Shown here piece after piece: positions 29,620-35,988 of a DNA stretch of 35,988 nucleotides (position 1 is its first letter; each line of letters starts with the position of its first letter). The notes under the pieces were generated by a model that made no database searches, had not been told where the DNA came from, and saw only the letters and a list, made by a program, of their open reading frames with translations. Both the position numbers and the translations under genes were made by a program. Source of the stretch: Myxococcota bacterium. Lineage in GTDB: Bacteria > Myxococcota_A > UBA796 > GCA-2862545. The stretch is taken from positions 1 through 35,988 of the forward strand of contig JBCCQY010000093.1 of NCBI GenBank assembly GCA_039208735.1, given 5' to 3'.

Positions 29620-30651
29620 ATGCCTTCCATGTCCGCCTTCTCCGGCGGCCACATCTCGCGCCCTTCACCCGCGGGGGTGCGAAGCGGGAAATGGGGCACG
29701 TTCGTGAAGGGCCCTGCCGATGCAATGGCCCTCGTCGGTCCCGAGTTGGCGGACTGCGAGCGTTCCCTCGTTTCGCTCGTTCACACCGACGTGGCTGCCG
29801 TGCCGGAAATCGCGGGGTACCTCGTGGCGGCCGGCGGAAAGCGCTTACGGCCTGCCCTCACCGCGCTCGGCGCCAAGGCGGTGGGGTTCGAAGGTCCCAT
29901 CACCAAGCTCATGTGTGTCGGCGAGTTGCTCCACTTGGGGTCGCTGCTTCATGACGATGTGGTGGACGAAGGCGAGACGCGTCGAGGGAAGCCCGCCGCT
30001 CACCGGGTCTATGGCAACGCGGTAACCGTGCTCACCGGCGACTTCTGCCTCGCCCGGGCCGTCTGGCTGGCCGCCGAGGAGGGCGGGTTCGCGGCGGTCA
30101 AGGCCCTGGGTCAGACGGTCACCGAGATGGCAGAAGGGGAAGTGCTGCAGCTGCAGCACGCGGGTGATTTGTCGTCGACGGTGGAGCAGTATCTGGATGT
30201 CGTGGCCCGGAAGTCAGCGGCCCTGATCGCGTGGTGCTCGGCCGCAGCCGGTTGGGCGGCCGAAAACGATGCGTATGCCGAGGCCCTGTGGAGCTTTGGG
30301 CGCGGGGTGGGCATCGCCTTCCAAATCACCGACGATGTGCTCGACTACAGCGATGCCACCGGCAAAACGCCTGGCGCCGACCTCCGGGAGCGCAAGGTCA
30401 CCCTTCCGTTGCTGATCGCGATGGAGCGCATCGAGGGGCTACGGGAACGGCTGGAGGTCGGTCCCCCTTCCGACGAACTCGTACGGCAGCTCATGGACGA
30501 AGTGCGGCGATCGGGAGCCTTGGACGCCGCCCTCGACGAGGCTCGGGGACGGGTCCAGCGTTCGCTTGCCGACCTCTTGGTGCTCCCCAACAATGCGGGT
30601 CGACAGGGTCTCGAAGCGCTTGGCCGCTACCTGGTGGAGCGTGCCGCGTGA
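29620..30651 (+). CDS. Long-chain polyprenyl diphosphate synthase (IspB/HepT-like)
   Basis: 'GGKRLRP', FARM 'LLHDDVVD...RRG', 'GEVLQL', SARM 'FQITDDVLD', 'GK..G.DL'. Confidence 0.93.
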   Translation: MPSMSAFSGGHISRPSPAGVRSGKWGTFVKGPADAMALVGPELADCERSLVSLVHTDVAAVPEIAGYLVAAGGKRLRPALTALGAKAVGFEGPITKLMCVGELLHLGSLLHDDVVDEGETRRGKPAAHRVYGNAVTVLTGDFCLARAVWLAAEEGGFAAVKALGQTVTEMAEGEVLQLQHAGDLSSTVEQYLDVVARKSAALIAWCSAAAGWAAENDAYAEALWSFGRGVGIAFQITDDVLDYSDATGKTPGADLRERKVTLPLLIAMERIEGLRERLEVGPPSDELVRQLMDEVRRSGALDAALDEARGRVQRSLADLLVLPNNAGRQGLEALGRYLVERAA

Positions 30652-31250
30652 CCTCCCGGCGCATCGTCATTGGAGTGACCGGCGCGTCTGGGCAACCCTA
30701 TGCCCAGCGCATCCTCGACTTCTTAGCGGCCCATCACGAGGACCTCGACATGGAGGTTCGGGTGGTGTTCACCAAGTTCGGTCGCTTGGTTTGGGGCGAT
30801 GAGATCGGAACCGACCCCAAAGAGGTCTACCCGTTCGAGATTCACACGCCGAGCGACATGCTGGCCCCCTTCGCTTCTGGCTCTGCGAACTTTGATGCGA
30901 TGGCCATCGTGCCGTGCTCCGCGGGCACCTTGGCCCGGATCGCGACGGGTGTGTCGACCGATCTCGTGGGTCGGGCGGCGGACGTGATTTTGAAGGAGCG
31001 ACGCAAGCTCGTCATTGTGCTCCGTGAATCCCCCTACAACCTCGTACACCTACGAAACATGGTTGCGGTGACAGAAGCGGGCGCAGTGGTCATGCCGGCA
31101 TCCCCGAGCTTTTACTCGGCGCCCAAAGACCTCAACGCGCTGCTCGACACCGTGACCGCTCGGATCCTCGATCAATTGGGGATCGACAACCAACTCATGC
31201 ACCGGTGGACCGGCGAGCTACGCGGCGCCACCGCTCGGAGGACCTCATGA
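30648..31250 (+). CDS. ubiX: Flavin prenyltransferase UbiX (MqnM-like)
   Basis: GTG 30648 overlaps the upstream stop; 'IGVTGASG', 'ASGS', 'PCS.GTL', 'RAADV.LKERR', 'RESP', 'P.FY'. Confidence 0.93.
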   Translation: MTSRRIVIGVTGASGQPYAQRILDFLAAHHEDLDMEVRVVFTKFGRLVWGDEIGTDPKEVYPFEIHTPSDMLAPFASGSANFDAMAIVPCSAGTLARIATGVSTDLVGRAADVILKERRKLVIVLRESPYNLVHLRNMVAVTEAGAVVMPASPSFYSAPKDLNALLDTVTARILDQLGIDNQLMHRWTGELRGATARRTS

Positions 31251-32362
31251 TCGCCTCCCCCGTTTTGCAGCGGAGTCTCGACCGCGCAGACCTGGGCTCG
31301 ATCGCCGAGAAGGTCATCGCTGGCACCCGGCTCTCGTTCAAGGAGGGGCTGCAGCTCCTCAACAGCCCGCATGTGGCCGCTGTGGGCGCCCTCGCCAACC
31401 TGGTTCGCGAAGCGCGTCACGGCGATTTGACCTGGTTCAACCGGAACCAACACATCAACGCCACCAACGTCTGCGAAGCCAGTTGCATCTTTTGCAGCTT
31501 TGCCCGGCTGAAGACAGGCGATCCACAGGCCTACACGATGTCGATCGAACAAGCCGTCGATCGCGTGCGTGCCTTGCGGCATCAGTTTGTGACCGAGGTT
31601 CACATCGTGAACGGTCTCAATCCTGACCTGCCGTTCACGTACTACACCGATTTGCTGACCGCGTTGAAGACCGAACGGCCCGACCTCCACATCAAAGGGT
31701 TCACGGCGGTCGAGATCCACTACTACGCTGGCAAGTACGGCATGACCTACCGCGAAGTGATCGAGGCTTTGCGGGCGGCGGGCCTGGATTCCATGCCCGG
31801 TGGTGGGGCGGAGATCTTCCATCCCCGGGCGAGGAAGAAACTCTGCAACGACAAAGTAGACGCCGACGGGTGGCTCGAGGTGCATCGCACCGCTCACGGT
31901 TTGGGCATGCGAACGAACTGCACCATGTTGTTTGGCAGCATCGAGAAGCCCGAAGAGCGCATCGATCACATGATTCGACTGCGTGAACTCCAAGACGAGA
32001 CTGGCGGATTCCAGACGTTCATCCCGCTGAAGTTCCACAACGAGAACAATCGGCTCCAGAAGATCAGTGAGCCGTCGGATGCGGACTGCCTCAAGACCCT
32101 GGCCGTCTCCCGCTTGATGCTCGACAACATTCCCCACATCAAGGCGTATTGGCCCATGCTCGGGGTGCAGCTGGCCCAGCTTTCGTTGTCATTCGGGGTC
32201 GACGACCTCGACGGGACGGTGCGGGAAGAGCGCATCTACCACATGGCGGGGGCGAAAACCCCGCAGGAACTGACGCGCCCCGAGCTCGTCGCCCTCATTC
32301 GTCGCGCCAATCGCATCCCCGTCGAACGCGACACCCTCTACCACGTCGTCGCGGAGGCTTGA
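31247..32362 (+). CDS. mqnE: Aminofutalosine synthase MqnE (radical SAM)
   Basis: ATG 31247 (ATGA overlap); 'TNVCEASCIFCSF'; 'EVHIV.GL.PDLP', 'HIK.FTAVEI', 'SMPGGGAEIF', 'HIKAYW.MLG', 'DDLDGTV.EERI'. Confidence 0.88.
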   Translation: MIASPVLQRSLDRADLGSIAEKVIAGTRLSFKEGLQLLNSPHVAAVGALANLVREARHGDLTWFNRNQHINATNVCEASCIFCSFARLKTGDPQAYTMSIEQAVDRVRALRHQFVTEVHIVNGLNPDLPFTYYTDLLTALKTERPDLHIKGFTAVEIHYYAGKYGMTYREVIEALRAAGLDSMPGGGAEIFHPRARKKLCNDKVDADGWLEVHRTAHGLGMRTNCTMLFGSIEKPEERIDHMIRLRELQDETGGFQTFIPLKFHNENNRLQKISEPSDADCLKTLAVSRLMLDNIPHIKAYWPMLGVQLAQLSLSFGVDDLDGTVREERIYHMAGAKTPQELTRPELVALIRRANRIPVERDTLYHVVAEA

Positions 32363-32364
32363 TC

Positions 32365-33768
32365 ATGGCTCGCATCGGAACCGTCGGGTATCTCAACGCG
32401 CGCCCATTGAGCGACCGCATCGACATTGACCGGCACACGCTGGTCTTGGCGCACCCCGCCGAGATTGCCCGCCAGCTCCGGGAGCGCGAGGTCGACGTCG
32501 CGCTCGTTCCCGTCGCCGCGGCATTGTCGGATGGCGACTACCAAATGGTCGGAGGCGTAGGCATCGGCGCTGAAGGGCCGGTCGCATCGGTGCTTCTGGT
32601 GGCCGAGCAGCCTCCCGAGACGTGGACCGAGGTCCTGCTGGACGGGGTGAGCCGCACTTCGGTGGTGCTCGCCCAGCTCCTGTTGGACGGTCCGCTAAAG
32701 CGCCGGGCGAAGGGCGAACTCACGATTCGCCATGTGGGTCCCAATGAAGGGGTGGCCCAAGCGGAAGGCAGCGTGGCCGCCCTGGTGATTGGCGATGCGG
32801 CTCGGGAACTCCCCGACCGACTCACTCATCGCATTGACCTCGCTGAGGCCTGGTTCGAATGGACGGGCCTGCCATTTGTCTTCGCAGTGTGGGCGGGCCA
32901 GCCCGACTTGGACCCCGCGGTGGTGACGCACCTACAGGAAGCCGGACGTGCCGGCATTGCAGCCGTGCCCCACTCCTATGCCGGGGCCGACCTCGAATAC
33001 CTGACGCGCAACATTCGCCACACCCTCGACGACAAAGCCCTCATGGGGCTCCGTCGCTTCGCCGCGCTGGCGAGTGCGAAGGGCCTCGTCGCACGCCACG
33101 ACATTCCCCTGTATGGGCCCGCCGAACGCACGTTGCCCCGAACCCAACTGGATGACCTGCTCAGCAAGGCGGCGGACGGAACCCGTCTCACCGCCGAGGA
33201 ACTGGGGCTGCTCGATGAACATGCCGCGCTGGCTGACCTCGCCTTGGTCGCCACCCTGATCAAAGAAGCGCGTCACCCTTCCCCGAAGGTGCCCTACCGC
33301 GTAGACGTCGGCGTCGTCGCGGCCGATGGCGAAACGTTGGAGCAGATCGTTGTCGGCACCGAAGCATCGGTGGTGGACCAGCTCGTTCGTCTTCGCGAGG
33401 AGCAAGACAACGGCGGACGCATTTGGGGGGTCCAGGTGTGGGCGGCCGGTGGCAATGCCCGTGGCGCCTACGGCTCGCTCGCCAACACGGCGGCCGACCA
33501 TCAGCGCGCCACCGCACTCGCTCGCATCGCGCTTGACAATGTCGACCACATGGTCGCCTCGCCTGCCACCGAAGGGTTGGGCATGGCCCAGATGAGCCTC
33601 CACCTGGGTTGCGATCACTTGGGACGTTTCCGCGTCAGCGATGAGGACGAAGCCCGTCGGACCTCCGATGAGGCCGATCGCCACATTCGCGAAGCCGGCT
33701 TCGAGCCTGACGGTTCGATTCGTCAGGGAGTCCTCGAAGCCTCCGACAGCTCCGTCTCGCCAACATGA
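32365..33768 (+). CDS. mqnA: Chorismate dehydratase MqnA fused to a degenerate MqnC/CofH-like C-terminal domain
   Basis: ATG 32365; MqnA motifs 'VGYLNARPL', 'GPVASVLL', 'SRTSV.L', 'LVIGDAA', 'DLAEAW..WTGLPFVFAVW'. A ~200-aa extension resembles the termini of MqnC. Confidence 0.85.
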   Translation: MARIGTVGYLNARPLSDRIDIDRHTLVLAHPAEIARQLREREVDVALVPVAAALSDGDYQMVGGVGIGAEGPVASVLLVAEQPPETWTEVLLDGVSRTSVVLAQLLLDGPLKRRAKGELTIRHVGPNEGVAQAEGSVAALVIGDAARELPDRLTHRIDLAEAWFEWTGLPFVFAVWAGQPDLDPAVVTHLQEAGRAGIAAVPHSYAGADLEYLTRNIRHTLDDKALMGLRRFAALASAKGLVARHDIPLYGPAERTLPRTQLDDLLSKAADGTRLTAEELGLLDEHAALADLALVATLIKEARHPSPKVPYRVDVGVVAADGETLEQIVVGTEASVVDQLVRLREEQDNGGRIWGVQVWAAGGNARGAYGSLANTAADHQRATALARIALDNVDHMVASPATEGLGMAQMSLHLGCDHLGRFRVSDEDEARRTSDEADRHIREAGFEPDGSIRQGVLEASDSSVSPT

Positions 33769-34643
33769 GAGCCACCATGGCCGACCGACCGCTCGATAGC
33801 CTGCGCACCTACAGCTCGATGATCAAGCTGTCGCACAGCATCTTCGCCATGCCGTTTGCGCTTGCCGCGGCCGTTCTGGCCGCGCGCACCGTCGAGGTCA
33901 CCGTCGCTCAGATTGGGCTCATCCTCGTGTGCTTGGTCACCGCGCGGTCGGCGGCCATGGGCTTCAATCGCATCCTCGATCGAGACATCGACGCCGATAA
34001 CCCCCGTACGTCCAGTCGAGAGCTGCCCTCGGGAGCCATCAGCCTGCGCGCCGCGACCGTCTTCACCGCGGTGTCGGCGGGCCTGTTCGTGCTCGCCACC
34101 GCCCTGCTTGGACCGTTGACCCTGGCCTTGTCGCCCATCGTGCTCTTGGTGGTCCTCGGGTACTCTTACACGAAACGCTACACGGCCTGGTGTCACGCGG
34201 TCCTCGGACTGGCCCTGGCATTGGCCCCCACCGGGGTCTGGGTCGCCCTCACCGGCTCCTACGCGTGGACGCCCCTGCTCTTGTCGCTTGCGGTGGGAAC
34301 CTGGGTGGCAGGCTTCGACATCCTGTACTCCTGCCAGGACTATGAATTCGACCGCGATCGCGGCCTACACTCGGTTCCCGTCGCACTCGGACTATCGGGC
34401 GCGATGGTGCTTTCGGCGGTACTCCACCTTGGAACCGTGGGGCTGCTCGTGGCCGTAGGGGTCGTGGCGAACCTTGGCTTCGCCTACGCGATCGGCGTAG
34501 CGGTGATCACGGCGGTACTCGTTTACGAGCACTGGATCGTGCGTCCCGACGACCTGTCACGGATCGACAAGGCATTCTTCGACCTCAACGGATACGTCTC
34601 GCTCCTGTTCTTTGCCTTCGTGGTGGGCGACCTCGCCTGGTGA
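33765..34643 (+). CDS. mqnP: UbiA-family prenyltransferase of the futalosine pathway (MqnP-like)
   Basis: 'IKLSHSIFAMPFA', 'ARSAAMGFNRILDRDID..NPRT..RELP', 'YSYTKR', 'GFDILY.CQD..FD', 'AFF..NG'. Confidence 0.88.
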   Translation: MRATMADRPLDSLRTYSSMIKLSHSIFAMPFALAAAVLAARTVEVTVAQIGLILVCLVTARSAAMGFNRILDRDIDADNPRTSSRELPSGAISLRAATVFTAVSAGLFVLATALLGPLTLALSPIVLLVVLGYSYTKRYTAWCHAVLGLALALAPTGVWVALTGSYAWTPLLLSLAVGTWVAGFDILYSCQDYEFDRDRGLHSVPVALGLSGAMVLSAVLHLGTVGLLVAVGVVANLGFAYAIGVAVITAVLVYEHWIVRPDDLSRIDKAFFDLNGYVSLLFFAFVVGDLAW

Positions 34644-34703
34644 CGGTCGAGGTCGACCAAAGCTACGCTTGGGCCTAGTACGAGCCGAGATCAGACGCGG
34701 AGG

Positions 34704-35762
34704 GTGACGACGATGTGGTGGATGGCCAGCGCGCTCGCAGCACCGGGATTCTTCGACGGGCCAGGGTCCGCCGACCTTCCCGAGGATTCGCTCGGCGATG
34801 AGTTTGGGATCCGATTGCCGGACATGGACGACGAACCGCCCACCGTGGCTGCGCCGATCGTCAACGGAGAAGTCGACACCACCGGGCGCTTCCCGTCCAC
34901 CAGCTACCTCCTGCTCGAAAGCACGTCGGGCGGGCTCGGCACGTGTTCGGGCACCCTGATCCACCCCGAGTACATCCTCACTGCAGCCCATTGCGTGGTG
35001 TTCGACGATGGTTCGACGTTGACGCGCGCGGACATTGGGTTCGGCGTGGGTGGCGGCAACGGGTTCAGCACCACCCGGGACGGCATCTACTACTGGGTTC
35101 ACCCCGACTACAACGACATTGGTAACAGCCCCGACCTCGCCATCATCCAGATGGACCTCCCCATCAACAGCCTCGAGTCCATCGCACTCAACGACGAGCC
35201 CCTGGGTGACGGGTGGATCGGGGTAGAGCTGGAGTTGGTCGGATACGGAGTCACGAGCGATGACGCGGACGGCACCGGGGGCATCCGTCGCTTCGCCGAT
35301 GCCGAGATTTTCGCGATTAACAGCCTAGTTCTGCGAACCACCGACGAGACCCAGAACGTCTGTTTCGGCGACTCGGGCGGTCCGATGTATCGAGACACCC
35401 CCGCGGGTCTCGAGTTGGTCGGCGTCAACTCGTTCGTGACCGGCGGGTGCGTCGATGGCAACGCGGGTGCCGCACGAGTCGATCGAGACCTGCAGTGGAT
35501 CACCGACATCGTGCCGGACGTTCGCCTGTCCGCCGCCGAGCCCCCCCTCGTGGTCGACAAGCCGCCCCAGGTTCGGCCGCTCGACATGCAAGTTGGACCC
35601 AACGCCGCACCGCCCAACGTCGAAGCCCCAGAGTGGGACGACGCGACGCTGCCTTCCGGCTCGCTCTATCGTCAATTCGGGTGCAGCACGCAGGGAGCGC
35701 CATGGTCGGCGGTCGGCTGGCTCGTCGTCGCGGCCGCCTTGGGTTGGCGCCGCCGCCGCTAA
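34704..35762 (+). CDS. S1 (trypsin-fold) serine protease with a MYXO-CTERM-like sorting tail
   Basis: 'IVNG' mature N-terminus, 'CSGTLI', 'LTAAHC', 'DLAII', 'CFGDSGGP'; tail 'GCSTQGAPWSAVGWLVVAAALGWRRRR'. Confidence 0.92.
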   Translation: MTTMWWMASALAAPGFFDGPGSADLPEDSLGDEFGIRLPDMDDEPPTVAAPIVNGEVDTTGRFPSTSYLLLESTSGGLGTCSGTLIHPEYILTAAHCVVFDDGSTLTRADIGFGVGGGNGFSTTRDGIYYWVHPDYNDIGNSPDLAIIQMDLPINSLESIALNDEPLGDGWIGVELELVGYGVTSDDADGTGGIRRFADAEIFAINSLVLRTTDETQNVCFGDSGGPMYRDTPAGLELVGVNSFVTGGCVDGNAGAARVDRDLQWITDIVPDVRLSAAEPPLVVDKPPQVRPLDMQVGPNAAPPNVEAPEWDDATLPSGSLYRQFGCSTQGAPWSAVGWLVVAAALGWRRRR

Positions 35763-35988
35763 GGCGCGTGGACAGTTGCGGGAACCGGTCAACGGTTGAC
35801 CGGAAGGGTGACGCTTGTTCAGTTTCTGAGTAAGCTCGCCCCATGACCCGAGTCGAGCTTCTCATTCAACGTCTGGTGGTCGCCGCGCGCTCGCTGTCTC
35901 GACGTGGGCCGGCGGGGGACCTGGGTCGGTTCCTCGGTGGCGTTCTCTGGATCTTGCACACGGGTCGGTCCCGCGGCGGCTTCACCAC
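35763..35988 (+). mobile_element. Probable internally deleted IS5-family (IS427-like) element remnant, running off the window edge
   Basis: Translated by hand from ATG 35843: MTRVEL...RRGPAGDLGRFLGGVLWILHTG-RSRGGFTT. This joins two IS5 transposase motifs ('GILW.LRTG' and 'GRSRGG.TTK'). A candidate left end GGCGCGTGGACA follows TAA. Confidence 0.55.

Noticed and set aside
35819..35986. Open - strand frame as the 3' end of an incoming gene
   Set aside because: Low-complexity translation with no motif; the + strand transposase-like reading explains the region better, though the window edge prevents certainty.

Overview
GC-rich chromosomal window, most likely from a Myxococcota bacterium (two MYXO-CTERM-like sorting tails, Asp/Cys-rich lipoproteins, futalosine menaquinone pathway). 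1-10.5 kb: a cell-surface locus with a divergent Ig-like lipoprotein, a beta-barrel/OmpA protein, a thrombospondin type-3 (TSP3) repeat protein ending in a MYXO-CTERM-like tail, and two paralogous giant lipoproteins (Ig/ASH - 21-aa CDxC repeats - VWA - NIDO-like). The TSP3 protein runs in frame into the first giant lipoprotein across an AGG-AGG/SD/GTGA junction. 10.6-17.6 kb: P450, orphan histidine kinase, dnaX-ybaB-recR-thiS-rluA, GNAT. 17.6-23.8 kb: an AsnB homolog with both active sites degenerate, two hypotheticals, a retropepsin-like protease, and tandem lipoproteins sharing a conserved upstream element. 23.8-29.5 kb: histidine phosphatase, DEDDh exonuclease, purF, WD40-like protein, lipoprotein, GbsR/MarR regulator. 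29.6-34.6 kb: menaquinone operon (polyprenyl synthase, ubiX, mqnE, mqnA fused to a cluster-less MqnC-like remnant, mqnP/ubiA). End: S1 protease with a MYXO-CTERM-like tail and a probable deleted IS5-family remnant. All calls come from motif recognition by eye; no database searches were run.
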